A stretch of DNA of 64,000 nucleotides, taken from positions 1 through 64,000 of IMG/VR virus record IMGVR_UViG_3300035070_002626. One strand, 5' to 3'. A program made the translations under genes and the position numbers. This document shows positions 1 to 10,382 of the stretch, piece by piece. How positions within the stretch are numbered: position 1 is the stretch's first letter; the number at the start of each line of letters is the position of its first letter. Below the pieces are notes generated by a model. That model was not told the DNA's origin and ran no database searches. It saw only the letters and a program-made list of their open reading frames with translations.

Positions 1-267
1 GATGTACCTTGTGTTTTTGATGTTACCCACGCTGTCCAAAAGCCAGGAGGCAATGGGGAATCTAGTGGCGGTAATCGCGATTACGTTCCAGGTCTTGCTC
101 GTGCTGCCGCTGCTATGGGTGTTAGCAACTTCTTCTTAGAAGTACACCCTGATCCAGACAACGCACCTAGTGACGGACCTAATATGCTTAAACTAGAAGA
201 CTTTGAGGATGTGGTTAAACAAATCAAAGTTGTAGGTGACGCAGCAAGAGGATACACCTGGTCATGA
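1..267 (+). CDS. kdsA: KDO-8-phosphate synthase, C-terminal part (5' truncated by window edge)
   Basis: Frame 1 reads [17 protein letters not shown]...[18 protein letters not shown], the KdsA signature; its TGA overlaps the kdsB ATG (ATGA). Confidence 0.93.
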   Translation, partial: DVPCVFDVTHAVQKPGGNGESSGGNRDYVPGLARAAAAMGVSNFFLEVHPDPDNAPSDGPNMLKLEDFEDVVKQIKVVGDAARGYTWS

Positions 268-941
268 CAACAGCAATACTAATACCAGCTAGGTATAACA
301 GCACACGCTACCCTGGTAAACCATTAGCTATGTTAGATGGCGTTCCAATGATAAAGCGTGTGTATGACGCTTGTGTTGCGTCTAACCTACCAACATACGT
401 GCTCACTGATGACATGCGCATCTTTAACTTATTCAATGTTGATAACTGCTGGGTTGATCAAACAGATTATGCCAATGGCACAGAACGATGCGCAGGTGCA
501 GTTAAGAATGACTTCTTTGCAAAATATAATCAGTTCATTAACGTACAAGGTGATATGCCTGATGTGACTTTAGAAATGATTGAAAAAACTAAATGGCATT
601 TACAACACTATTCAGTAACTACCATGTGCGCTATGATGCCAGCAGAACAGCAGAACGATCCAAACTCAGTTAAACTAGTAAGAGCAGCTGATAAGTGTTT
701 GTGGTTTGGTAGAGGCATGACAGGATATGGCGATTGGCACTTAGGCATTTATGGATATAAGCGTAATGCACTAGAAATGTATCCTAATTTGACCAGCACA
801 CGTGAAGAGCGATTAGAAGGTCTAGAGCAACTACGTTGGCTAAAAAATGGATGGGATATAGGTGTATTCCCATGTGTGTTTAATGGTACCGAAATCAATA
901 CACCAGAGGATGCAGAAGCGTGGCACAAAAACTTAAATTAA
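264..941 (+). CDS. kdsB: CMP-KDO synthetase (3-deoxy-manno-octulosonate cytidylyltransferase)
   Basis: [32 protein letters not shown] and LEQLRWL motifs. Confidence 0.93.
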   Translation: MTTAILIPARYNSTRYPGKPLAMLDGVPMIKRVYDACVASNLPTYVLTDDMRIFNLFNVDNCWVDQTDYANGTERCAGAVKNDFFAKYNQFINVQGDMPDVTLEMIEKTKWHLQHYSVTTMCAMMPAEQQNDPNSVKLVRAADKCLWFGRGMTGYGDWHLGIYGYKRNALEMYPNLTSTREERLEGLEQLRWLKNGWDIGVFPCVFNGTEINTPEDAEAWHKNLN

Positions 942-2458
942 AACGAATACTCGGAGTTAGTGCAGGATTTCATGATGCAGCATTAACTGTGTTGCATGAT
1001 GACGAAATTGTATTTGCTGGCCATAGTGAGCGTTACAGTAAACAGAAAAACGATAATAATATTTGCCTAGAACTTGAGATGGCAGCTCTTGCACACGGTC
1101 CATTTGATAAAATTGTATACTATGAAAAACCGTGGAAACGGCAGTTGCGTAAATTGCTCAGCGGTGAACCCTGGGGCGGTAACTGGCGACTAAGGTCGGA
1201 ACTTAAAAATACAATTCCAATAATAATGTCAGAACACAAAGGTGTTATAACCAGTGTTGGGCATCACATGAGTCACGCTGCTGGTGGATTTCAAACATCG
1301 CCTTACGAAGAAGCTGCTGTTGTTGTAATTGATGCAATCGGCGAAATAGATACTATCAGCATTTACAAAGCTAGATACGACGATGCTACCACTGGTTACT
1401 TGGGGTATAAGAAGCACAGACAGGCCCAGTACAAGCGTGTTTGGTGTCAGCAGTATCCTAACAGCATCGGCATGTACTATAGTGCTGTTACACAGCGTGT
1501 AGGCTTGCGCCCAATGGATGAAGAATACATCACAATGGGTATGGCAGCATATGGCGATGCATCAAAAGCATACCACACGTTGGTTGATAATTTAATAGAC
1601 AACACATCAACAGCAAAATTTAAAAGAAACCTGCACATTGGCATGCAAGACTTGGAGTTTTCTGCAGGCGTTGACGAAATGGATATTGCAGCCGCAGGAC
1701 AGCAACTTTGCGAAGAGCTGATTATGCAAGTGATGCACAAGGCCAAAGAATTAACAGGTTCAAACAATCTTGTTTACATGGGTGGTGTTGCACTTAATTG
1801 TGTAGCGAACAGCAAGCTGGGTGATATTTTTGACAACATATGGATCATGCCCAACCCGGGAGATGCAGGCAGTAGTTTAGGTGCCGCGGCACTAGCATAT
1901 GGTAAAAAGGTCAATTGGCGCACAGCATTACTGGGCACTGATATTCCTGGCAAGTATCCAGTAAAGAAATTAATCAAACAATTAAAGACTAAAAAGATAG
2001 TAGGAGTGGCAAGTGGTAAGGCCGAGTTTGGCCCACGTGCTCTTGGAAACAGAAGTTTACTTGCTGATCCACGTGGTGCCGAAATTAAAGACAAAGTAAA
2101 TGAAATAAAAAAGCGGCAAAAGTTTCGTCCTTTTGCTCCAGTGATACTTGAAGAACATGTACACGATTATTTCAACATGCCAAAAAATCAAAATACATCA
2201 CATTACATGCAGGTAGTAGCGCCAGTTAAACACCCGGACCAGTTTCCTGCTATTACACATGTAGACGGTACAGCAAGAGTGCAAACAGTGCCCAGCGACA
2301 GTAGTGGCATTAGACAATTATTAGAAGCTTGGTACGAAGAAACAGGGTGCCCGATGTTGTTAAACACATCATTGAATATCCGTGGCGAACCAATGGTTGA
2401 TGACAGAGCAGATGCAGATAGATTTGAAAAACAATATGGAGTAAAGGTGTGCAGCTAA
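920..2458 (+). CDS. Carbamoyltransferase, NodU/CmcH/TobZ family (copy 1)
   Basis: HDAA, ERYSKQK, HHMSHA, GGVALNC, EFGPRALGNRS, KRQKFRPFAP, HVDGTARVQTV, LNTSLN. Confidence 0.93.
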   Translation: MAQKLKLKRILGVSAGFHDAALTVLHDDEIVFAGHSERYSKQKNDNNICLELEMAALAHGPFDKIVYYEKPWKRQLRKLLSGEPWGGNWRLRSELKNTIPIIMSEHKGVITSVGHHMSHAAGGFQTSPYEEAAVVVIDAIGEIDTISIYKARYDDATTGYLGYKKHRQAQYKRVWCQQYPNSIGMYYSAVTQRVGLRPMDEEYITMGMAAYGDASKAYHTLVDNLIDNTSTAKFKRNLHIGMQDLEFSAGVDEMDIAAAGQQLCEELIMQVMHKAKELTGSNNLVYMGGVALNCVANSKLGDIFDNIWIMPNPGDAGSSLGAAALAYGKKVNWRTALLGTDIPGKYPVKKLIKQLKTKKIVGVASGKAEFGPRALGNRSLLADPRGAEIKDKVNEIKKRQKFRPFAPVILEEHVHDYFNMPKNQNTSHYMQVVAPVKHPDQFPAITHVDGTARVQTVPSDSSGIRQLLEAWYEETGCPMLLNTSLNIRGEPMVDDRADADRFEKQYGVKVCS

Positions 2459-3294
2459 AACACATAAAAACACGTTACAGTGAAAATTTTGCATATCATG
2501 CAAACGATTCGGTTATTGGCATGCAGTTAACACAGTATGGTGAGTATCAGCAAAGAGAAATCAATCTGTTATCCAATCTAATAAGACACAATGACGTAGC
2601 ATCGGTTGTGTGGGAAGTGGGCGCAAACATTGGAACACATGCTATGGCATTTTCCAAAGTGGCAAAACAAGTTGTATGTTGGGAAGCAAATCCTCAACAC
2701 TTTGCAATATTGAAATTGAATACCAAAGGCAAACTGGCTCCCAATATTCACTGTATTAACAAAGCCATTGGTGCACCTGATGTTGAAACTATTACAGTTG
2801 AGCAGTTCGACGACACAGTGCCTGGCAATTATGGTGCAGCAAGAGTTGGCAGCAAAACTGGAACAGTTGTTGAATGTCGCACACTGGACAGTTATCTAAT
2901 GGAACTGCCGCCACCTAGCGTGGTCAAGATTGATGTCGAGGGACATGAAATTGATGTACTAAAAGGTGCAATTGGTTTGATGTTAATCACAAAGCCAATT
3001 ATCTATATGGAAGCTGGTGAGCAAACTGACACCAGCGAACACTACAACATGCTTGACAAGCACGGATACAAGATGTGGTGGTATGCTTGCCCAAATTACA
3101 ATCCAGAAAATTTCAACAACAACACTGAAAATACCTGGGGCGACACACATATCTTTAGTATACTGGCTATACATGAAAGTGTTACTGGACTTGAAAACAT
3201 TGACTTGCCGCCAGTGGAAGGTCCTGATGATTCGTGGACAAGATTTTGCAATACAATTTCACCGTTAGGGGCCGAAGATTTTGCTGATAGATGA
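2449..3294 (+). CDS. FkbM-family SAM methyltransferase
   Basis: EVGANIG, EANP and KIDVEGHE motifs. Confidence 0.88.
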   Translation: MQLKHIKTRYSENFAYHANDSVIGMQLTQYGEYQQREINLLSNLIRHNDVASVVWEVGANIGTHAMAFSKVAKQVVCWEANPQHFAILKLNTKGKLAPNIHCINKAIGAPDVETITVEQFDDTVPGNYGAARVGSKTGTVVECRTLDSYLMELPPPSVVKIDVEGHEIDVLKGAIGLMLITKPIIYMEAGEQTDTSEHYNMLDKHGYKMWWYACPNYNPENFNNNTENTWGDTHIFSILAIHESVTGLENIDLPPVEGPDDSWTRFCNTISPLGAEDFADR

Positions 3295-3577
3295 TGTCAA
3301 AGAAGCACTACGTCAAGTGCACGATCCAGAAGTTCCAATTAATGTATTTGATTTGGGATTAATCTACAACATTGAAATAACCGGATCGCATTGCATGGTG
3401 GAACACACACTTACTAGCATGATGTGCCCGTTTGCAGATCAAATTTGCAATGACATCGACGTAGCAGTGCAAGGCGTTGAAGGTATTGAAACTGTAGATA
3501 GGCAACTAGTGTTTGATCCACCATTTAGCCTGGACATGGTGCCAGAAGATACTAAAATTATAATGGGCTGGGGTTAG
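3281..3577 (+). CDS. DUF59/SufT-like Fe-S cluster assembly factor
   Basis: DPE..NVFDLGLIY, TLTS..CP, LVFDPP motifs. Confidence 0.88.
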   Translation: MLIDDVKEALRQVHDPEVPINVFDLGLIYNIEITGSHCMVEHTLTSMMCPFADQICNDIDVAVQGVEGIETVDRQLVFDPPFSLDMVPEDTKIIMGWG

Positions 3578-4599
3578 AGATAACTCTCTAATCCACCTTT
3601 GCGCCTAATGTCTTGTGTGCAACAACTAATACCACCATCCCAGAAATAACTGTGACGCAGTTCGCTAATAATAGGATTGATTTTGTGCTTGGCGCAATAA
3701 TCAAATACTTCTTTATTATACGCACTAAAGACAACATTTTCTTCGTCTAACACAAGGCAGTTAACATCGAACACTGTGTCGCTGACAAAGCCAACCCATT
3801 TACTGAGATACTGGTCTACAAAGTTGCTGAATTCTTGTGTTGGGGTTTGTCCTTGCACATACCAAGAGCCGTTGAAGTTTTCTTCTTTAAACTTACCAAC
3901 TTCCATTGCAGCCCAGATACTACTATCCCATATTTTACAAACGTCCCATCCCGGAAAGTCTTCGGCTAAGTTGAGTTGATCATCCCACTTGCTTGAAAGA
4001 ATAACACCTGGTTTGAGAATGGCAAATACAGCATCGCCGTGGCCGTCTGTAATTGCTTCGTGTACACGATATTCTGGGCCTAATGCATTTTCTACAATCC
4101 ATTTAGTTTGATGCGGTTGTAAATAATCGCTATTGTCAAAGAACACGTCACGACCAACACGCACGATGCAACTAGCACTAGCACCATTTAAAATGCAATC
4201 AGGATCAAATGTTTCACCGTGTGGGTTAATAACTTGATCTCCGTATTCGGCACAAATATCATTTAATTCGTCAACTGGCAATACTCGCAACAGCTTGTCA
4301 CCTAAACTAATCTGCCAATCACGTGGTGTAAGCGGAGGCAATGGTGCGCCACCGTCGGCGACTTGGCCTCCTTGGAAATTGTCTTTATCGGGTAAACTAG
4401 GGCGTTTTACAACAGCACCATATTCTTCACAAGTCTTTTGCAAGTTGTCCAAGTCTTCGTTTGTTTCTGCTAAAATTTGTTGTAGCTGGTTACGAACTTG
4501 TGCATCGTCGATAAAGTCAAAGTAGTCAGGTGTGTATGCACGACCAACAATAACTTCTTCCAATGGTTGCCAACTAGTATAGCTGCTTACTTTGCTCAT
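3574..4599 (-). CDS. Amidinotransferase, glycine/inosamine-phosphate amidinotransferase family (copy 1)
   Basis: WQPLEEVIVG, PRD, HGD (catalytic H-x-D), DVNCL, C-terminal GGISCCT (catalytic Cys). Confidence 0.82.
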   Translation of the reverse strand: MSKVSSYTSWQPLEEVIVGRAYTPDYFDFIDDAQVRNQLQQILAETNEDLDNLQKTCEEYGAVVKRPSLPDKDNFQGGQVADGGAPLPPLTPRDWQISLGDKLLRVLPVDELNDICAEYGDQVINPHGETFDPDCILNGASASCIVRVGRDVFFDNSDYLQPHQTKWIVENALGPEYRVHEAITDGHGDAVFAILKPGVILSSKWDDQLNLAEDFPGWDVCKIWDSSIWAAMEVGKFKEENFNGSWYVQGQTPTQEFSNFVDQYLSKWVGFVSDTVFDVNCLVLDEENVVFSAYNKEVFDYCAKHKINPIISELRHSYFWDGGISCCTQDIRRKGGLESYL

Positions 4600-5771
4600 T
4601 TTAATTTTCCTAATATTGTTTCTAATCTATTGGCTTTGCTAGCCAAGAATAACTGTTGATTGTGCAGCAAATCTTCTTTACAATCTATATACATTTGATG
4701 TATTTTTTTAGATTTTGCAATTCGTTCCATTTCGTTGCACACTGCATTCCAGCGCTCAGTGTTGTTAGCAATGTTGTCATAGCTGTGATCAACCACATGA
4801 TCGAATGTCTTGTATCCCATGTCACGTAACTGTTGTATACTACCAGCGGCACCAACAATTACAAATGGCTGTGCATGCTTAATAGGTTTAAATGTTTTTT
4901 CTGTTAAGAACACACCATTGCTTTGATCTACATCTAAATGTGTTTCAATTACAAAATTAAAGTATGCATCGTCGTGATGTGCTGCCACAGTGTGATGGTA
5001 CAAATTATGTTCGTTGCTGCTCAACAGGTCAGCATGGAACGGGCATAGCTTTAAAAAGAATTCGGTGTGATGTCTAAGGCTACCAAAGCTATCAACTTCG
5101 ACTGGATTATCTTCTGGTAAATCACCCACACTAATATCAGCATTGTAACTAAAGAATCCTTTTTCGTGCAACCCTTTCATCCACAGTCTGGTCATTGTAT
5201 TAGCCCGCCACCATTTGTGTGTGCGCACAAGTGCAGTAAAATTTTTACTGCGTGGACGGTCATGGAATTCAGTTGCTAAACCTTCATTACGGAGCCGGTA
5301 TAACAGCTCGTCGTCACATAAGTAGCTGAATTGTGCAAGATCATGGCTTTTAGTGTTTGCGGTGGTAAAATGCAGGTTTTCTGGCGAAATGCCTGCTGTA
5401 ACCATTTGTTTTTTAATATGTTTTTTTATGCGAAAAGGGTTATCTCCTTCGCTGTAGAAAAACCAAATTTTTAGTTGGTTGTCTACGAGACGTTTTACAA
5501 CGTTTTTTGGGATAATATCAAACCATTCCACAGTGAAATCAAAAAAGCTAAGACTAATTGGATATATGCTGCCATTGGGTGCATCATCAGTTTTGACCAC
5601 AGTGTAGTCAATGCCTTCTTGTTTTAGATATTCGTAAAAATGCACTGGTTCGCTAAACGGGCTGTTCAAACTAAATTTGCGCCATTCTGGTGTGTACGGA
5701 GCTGCATCCCAAGTAGCACAGTTAGGAAAAGGCACATCGCCTTTAAATTGATCTGCACAAAATGTTACCAT
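4596..5771 (-). CDS. Putative glycosyltransferase-like protein ('ET..TEK..KPI..PF' family)
   Basis: C-terminal VIET...FLTEKTFKPI...QPF...GYKTF...SYD, reminiscent of the GT-B/GT10 donor-binding motif; start chosen at the ATG overlapping the upstream stop. Confidence 0.5.
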   Translation of the reverse strand: MVTFCADQFKGDVPFPNCATWDAAPYTPEWRKFSLNSPFSEPVHFYEYLKQEGIDYTVVKTDDAPNGSIYPISLSFFDFTVEWFDIIPKNVVKRLVDNQLKIWFFYSEGDNPFRIKKHIKKQMVTAGISPENLHFTTANTKSHDLAQFSYLCDDELLYRLRNEGLATEFHDRPRSKNFTALVRTHKWWRANTMTRLWMKGLHEKGFFSYNADISVGDLPEDNPVEVDSFGSLRHHTEFFLKLCPFHADLLSSNEHNLYHHTVAAHHDDAYFNFVIETHLDVDQSNGVFLTEKTFKPIKHAQPFVIVGAAGSIQQLRDMGYKTFDHVVDHSYDNIANNTERWNAVCNEMERIAKSKKIHQMYIDCKEDLLHNQQLFLASKANRLETILGKLK

Positions 5772-6877
5772 TGATTTGTCATTTCGTTGAGTTCGTCCCA
5801 TAGTATGTTCTCAAACTTGTCACTATAAAACCAGTCGAAGTTGTGTTGTACAGTATTACTTACAGCCTTTTGCAGAGAGGCTTTTTCTTTTTGGCTCATA
5901 TTGTTAATATCGTATAATACTTTGCCGATTTCCTGAGTTCGTCTGTCGTCTTCGTGCTCGTCGTAACTTTCGTCCCAGAATTCGCTGAATGTTTTAAATC
6001 CGTAACGGCGCAAATATTCTAAACTGCCTTTGCAACTCTGTATTATAAACGGCTGTTGCATTACTATAGGCTTAAATGATTTTTCAGTTAAGTGTTGCTT
6101 GTTACCGTCGTACGCTGTTTCTGTTACAACTTGTATTAAACTATTGTTTGCTTGTTCCCATAAATCAATTCTATGACTTTGTGCAGCGTATCCACTACCA
6201 TTGTCAATGGTAAGAGGTAATCGAACATTTGGTACCTGTAAGTTATACTTTTTGCATATAGCATTAATCGACAACCCTTCATATGGGCATGTGTCTGGAA
6301 ATGATATAAGATTTCGGTCCAACATATTTCTGTTTGCAAACTGATTTAAAAGTTCAATTCGATGTCGACGTTCACCACCAATTATATTATTAGGACAAAG
6401 AAATGTATTATATGGCTTGCGCTCTGCAAAAGGTTGTGCTAAACTAGTTCTGTTATATCCCCGATACCAGTCAAGTGCAGCCCATCCATGAAAAAAATAA
6501 TAGTCGCTAGTGAGTCCATAAGTATCACAAGCCCACTGAGCATCTTCGCTATTGTATTCACTGGTAACAAGTCTTTTGATGTTGGACTCAAACATATCTA
6601 AAAATGGTGTGATAAAATTATGAAATCTAAATCTATTCAACACTTCTTGATCCCAGAATATAACTCTAGTGCTATCTTTGGGATTTCCAGTTTGTTCTGG
6701 CAGCATGCTCCAATTGGCAGGCGGTTGACTACGTATGTTTTGAAAATCCGTTGTACCAAAGGGGTCAAACCAGTGCAAACCAACTCGATAGTTGCAATTA
6801 TCTTTGCAGCCTTCGTTGGTCTGTGCCAATGCACGTGGCAGAAAAACATTATCGTAAACTTCGTCGATTCTAATCAT
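5765..6877 (-). CDS. Putative glycosyltransferase-like protein (TEK family paralog)
   Basis: VTET...LTEKSFKPI..QQPF...GFKTF...ESYD. Confidence 0.5.
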   Translation of the reverse strand: MIRIDEVYDNVFLPRALAQTNEGCKDNCNYRVGLHWFDPFGTTDFQNIRSQPPANWSMLPEQTGNPKDSTRVIFWDQEVLNRFRFHNFITPFLDMFESNIKRLVTSEYNSEDAQWACDTYGLTSDYYFFHGWAALDWYRGYNRTSLAQPFAERKPYNTFLCPNNIIGGERRHRIELLNQFANRNMLDRNLISFPDTCPYEGLSINAICKKYNLQVPNVRLPLTIDNGSGYAAQSHRIDLWEQANNSLIQVVTETAYDGNKQHLTEKSFKPIVMQQPFIIQSCKGSLEYLRRYGFKTFSEFWDESYDEHEDDRRTQEIGKVLYDINNMSQKEKASLQKAVSNTVQHNFDWFYSDKFENILWDELNEMTNQW

Positions 6878-8450
6878 GTTTGATAAATTTTATTCCATAG
6901 ACATTAATGAAGCCTGCAAACTCAGCAGGACTAGGTACTTATGGGTATTAGATGACCGGTGTGATTATTCTAACTTTGACTTCTCCTGGGAGCCGGCACC
7001 TTGGGAAAGTGAACAAATACACGTGTGGCCCAGTCAGCACCAAGAAAACTCTGGCACTATGCTTGTCCCAAAACAAGGAGCTGTGGACAAAAACTATAAT
7101 CATGACATTATAAGACACACCGGGCAAGCACCTAGACTGCATATAAAACACAGCCCATCCAGTCCGGACTTGGGTGATATCAACACACGATATATCAGTG
7201 ATTACTTGGGCACAATGCGTCGAGTGTTAAAGAAAGTAGATTGGGAGTATTGTTGGGTTACAGCTGATGTTTGCAATTACGAAGATTTTGATTTCACTTG
7301 GCATCACAGTGAATACCAGCACGACATGCTGCACGTATTTCCTAGCAATGAACAAAAGTTTGGCGATACTTTTTATGTGCATGTGCCTAGTTTTTTAGCT
7401 AAAACAGAAAACTTAAAAATACTTGAATGGTTTGAAACACTGCATTTTGTTACAGATGTTTGGACAGTAAAACGTCAGCCTATGCCTTTTGTTGACTTCG
7501 ACGCAGACACTGTGGTTGATGCAGTATGGCAACACGAATTTGTTGAGCCTTATGCAGTATTTCGTCGTTATGACAATGCGCAGATTGATGTGCCAGCAAT
7601 TAGTTTGTGGCAAGAACAAACCAAGACAGTTGTCCCATTAGTAGCAGGTGCAAGTACTGTATTAATTCCGCGAGAAGTTAAGAATCATTTAAATGAGCAA
7701 ATTTATGACTATCCATGGTTGGATAAAAGCCGTCCTACACTTCCATCTCGGCCTCAGGATATTGTTTATATCAGTTATGATGAAATTGATGCTGAAAAGA
7801 ATTATAATACATTATTAGAAATAACAAAAGATTTGCCTAATACTGTGCATCGTGTGCACGGAGTCAACGGCATGCAACAAGCGTTGCAGGCAGCAAGCTC
7901 AAAAAGCAACACACCCTGGAGTTATCATGTGTTTGCAAAAACTGAACTAAATCCAGAGTTTAAGTTTGACTATGTACCCGATTATATGAAACAACCTAAT
8001 CACTATATTTTTAATTGCAAAAACATGAGCAACAATTTAGTATACGGGCACATGGGAGTTATATTATATAATAATCGCTTGGTAATTGAAAGTGCTGATT
8101 ACAGCGAGCTAGGACTAGACTTCACAATGAGCTTTCCAGTTGAAGTAGTTCCTGAGCTAAGTTGTTATGGAAACTTTGCTACTAGTCCGTATCAAGCTTG
8201 GCGTACTGCATTTAGAGAAGCTAGTAAATTGAGTTACTTCTTGGATGGAAATCCTAACATGGAAGCTCGTCATCGATTGCATGTATGGACCAGCGAAGCA
8301 TACGGCCCACACAGTGAATGGGTGTTAAATGGTGCCCGCGATGGTGTGGAGTTCTTTAAAGCAACTGGTCCAGATTTGCCTAAATTAAAGGCTGCATTTG
8401 ATTGGACCTGGCTGAGACAGTACTTTGATTCTAAGTACGGATCCCTTTAA
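6876..8450 (+). CDS. Multi-repeat GT-A-like protein
   Basis: Three related modules (W-V..D....FDF.W.P......HV(W/F)); C-terminal DIVYISYDE, YGHMGV and AWRTAFRE. Confidence 0.45.
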   Translation: MFDKFYSIDINEACKLSRTRYLWVLDDRCDYSNFDFSWEPAPWESEQIHVWPSQHQENSGTMLVPKQGAVDKNYNHDIIRHTGQAPRLHIKHSPSSPDLGDINTRYISDYLGTMRRVLKKVDWEYCWVTADVCNYEDFDFTWHHSEYQHDMLHVFPSNEQKFGDTFYVHVPSFLAKTENLKILEWFETLHFVTDVWTVKRQPMPFVDFDADTVVDAVWQHEFVEPYAVFRRYDNAQIDVPAISLWQEQTKTVVPLVAGASTVLIPREVKNHLNEQIYDYPWLDKSRPTLPSRPQDIVYISYDEIDAEKNYNTLLEITKDLPNTVHRVHGVNGMQQALQAASSKSNTPWSYHVFAKTELNPEFKFDYVPDYMKQPNHYIFNCKNMSNNLVYGHMGVILYNNRLVIESADYSELGLDFTMSFPVEVVPELSCYGNFATSPYQAWRTAFREASKLSYFLDGNPNMEARHRLHVWTSEAYGPHSEWVLNGARDGVEFFKATGPDLPKLKAAFDWTWLRQYFDSKYGSL

Positions 8451-9309
8451 GGGAATCAATAACATTAGCAACTTCTAATGCATTGCGTATGCCTGTGCTT
8501 GGTGTAGTACGATTAACAACACAATCTACCCAATGCTTTAATTCGTATTCCAAGGGCGAATATTCGTAATCGTATTCATATACTTTAGGGGAAGCATCGG
8601 TTATACTTCTGCGATCTTCTATACTGTGTTTGCTAACAGTAACAGTGTTAGCATCTTGGTCCCAAACAATTTGTCCTTTGGTTCCTAGCAACACAGTGCG
8701 ACGAATACGCACTGGACTATACCAGCTGACATCAATATCGTAACCGGGTGTGCCACTAAACCAAACTCTGTCAGGTACTACATTATTACTGTAGTTCCAA
8801 CTTTGTGCATTGGTTACAGTCATTGGGCCTTGGAAATAATTCACAATGCTGATATCATGTGTTGCTAAACTCAGCACTGGATCTGTTTTAGTCTGATAAA
8901 TTCCCCAATTTGATCTTTCACTGCGAATATAAGTCAAGTCGCCAATGTCGCCGTTATCCAGCATGCTTTTAATCAAATGTATTTGAGGATGGTGCAGGAA
9001 TATGTGACCTACCATTATCAATTGATCATCTTTAAGATGGCTGGCAATGTCTTCAATTTGTTCAGCAGTTTCGGCCATTGGCTTTTCGACATACACATCG
9101 TGCCCACGTTTAACCAGCTCAACTGTTTGCTCGTGGTGCTGCCACAATGGTGTTGCTAGTATAACTGGATCACTGTTGTTGATGTCATTGATGGTTTGGC
9201 CGTTGCGTATGTCAATTACTGTTGCATCAACATCGAACTGCTTCAAGCTTTCAAGGAGTTTACTTCCCCAGTAGCCCGCTCCGACCAAATTCATTTTCAT
9301 GATTTCCAA
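8431..9309 (-). CDS. Gfo/Idh/MocA-family oxidoreductase
   Basis: VGAGYWG, ATP..H, VEKP, MVGH, HD motifs. Confidence 0.9.
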   Translation of the reverse strand: MEIMKMNLVGAGYWGSKLLESLKQFDVDATVIDIRNGQTINDINNSDPVILATPLWQHHEQTVELVKRGHDVYVEKPMAETAEQIEDIASHLKDDQLIMVGHIFLHHPQIHLIKSMLDNGDIGDLTYIRSERSNWGIYQTKTDPVLSLATHDISIVNYFQGPMTVTNAQSWNYSNNVVPDRVWFSGTPGYDIDVSWYSPVRIRRTVLLGTKGQIVWDQDANTVTVSKHSIEDRRSITDASPKVYEYDYEYSPLEYELKHWVDCVVNRTTPSTGIRNALEVANVIDSLKGIRT

Positions 9310-10382
9310 CCTTTAACATTGTCTACTACATAATCAACTTCGCTGTCAGTCATGCTATACCAACACGGTATGCTGAGTATTTCGTCTACAGTGCGCTCAG
9401 TGACTGGCAAACTACGGCTCCACTGTGCAAATGCTGGTTGTTGGTGAGCAGCTCTCATATAATGAATGTTTGTTCCAATGCCAGCGTCATTGAGATGTGC
9501 TTTTAAACTTTCCCTATTGGCAGTTTGTATTACATACACATACCAGCTATGACTGTTACCTTCTACAGTAACAGGCGTTTTAATCACACTTGATAACTGT
9601 TCGGTATAATAGTTACAGATTTCTCTTTTGCGCTCAAGCCAGCCATCTAGCTTGGGCAATTTAGCCATAACAACATTGCTTTGTATGTTGTCAATTCTAG
9701 CATTGTATCCAACTTCTACAATGTTGTAACGACCAGTTCTACCATGATCTCTATACTTGCGAACTTCATTCATGTAATGCTTGCTGCCACTTACTGCGCC
9801 TGCATCACCTACTGCACCCAAATTTTTCACAGGATTAAAGCTCATACAAGTAATGTCACTGAGGCTTCCCACCGGACGACCGTTCCACCGGTTGCCCACA
9901 CTTTGTGCAGCATCCTCTACCATTGCAAGATTGTAATGATTGCATATGCTGCGCACTCGCTCAATGTCGGGGCATTGTCCGTAAATGTCTACAAATAGTA
10001 CAGCACGAGTGTTTTTATTAATCAGTGTTTCCAACTGATCAAGATCAACTAGCCAAGTGTCTGGATCAATGTCGCAGAACACCGGAGTAGCTCCACATAT
10101 AACAATACTTTCGGGCGTAGCAACAAACGTATGGCTCACTGTGATTACTTCATCACCTGGTCCGATGTTCAATGCCCGCATTGCACAATAAAGTCCTGTA
10201 GTGCCGCTACCGCAACTTGCTACATCATCGGCACCAAGGTATTCTGCAAACTTTAGTTCAAATTCTGTAACATCAGGTCCTGTAATAAAACTGTCGATAT
10301 CGAGGCAACGTTGTATTGCTGCATCGATATCTTGTTTACAATCCTGATATTGGGCTTGTAAGTTAGTAAATGGTATTTTCAT
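9297..10382 (-). CDS. DegT/DnrJ/EryC1/StrS PLP-dependent sugar aminotransferase
   Basis: SGT, GPGDEVIT, EDAAQ, SFNPVKNLGAVGDAG (PLP lysine). Confidence 0.93.
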   Translation of the reverse strand: MKIPFTNLQAQYQDCKQDIDAAIQRCLDIDSFITGPDVTEFELKFAEYLGADDVASCGSGTTGLYCAMRALNIGPGDEVITVSHTFVATPESIVICGATPVFCDIDPDTWLVDLDQLETLINKNTRAVLFVDIYGQCPDIERVRSICNHYNLAMVEDAAQSVGNRWNGRPVGSLSDITCMSFNPVKNLGAVGDAGAVSGSKHYMNEVRKYRDHGRTGRYNIVEVGYNARIDNIQSNVVMAKLPKLDGWLERKREICNYYTEQLSSVIKTPVTVEGNSHSWYVYVIQTANRESLKAHLNDAGIGTNIHYMRAAHQQPAFAQWSRSLPVTERTVDEILSIPCWYSMTDSEVDYVVDNVKGWKS

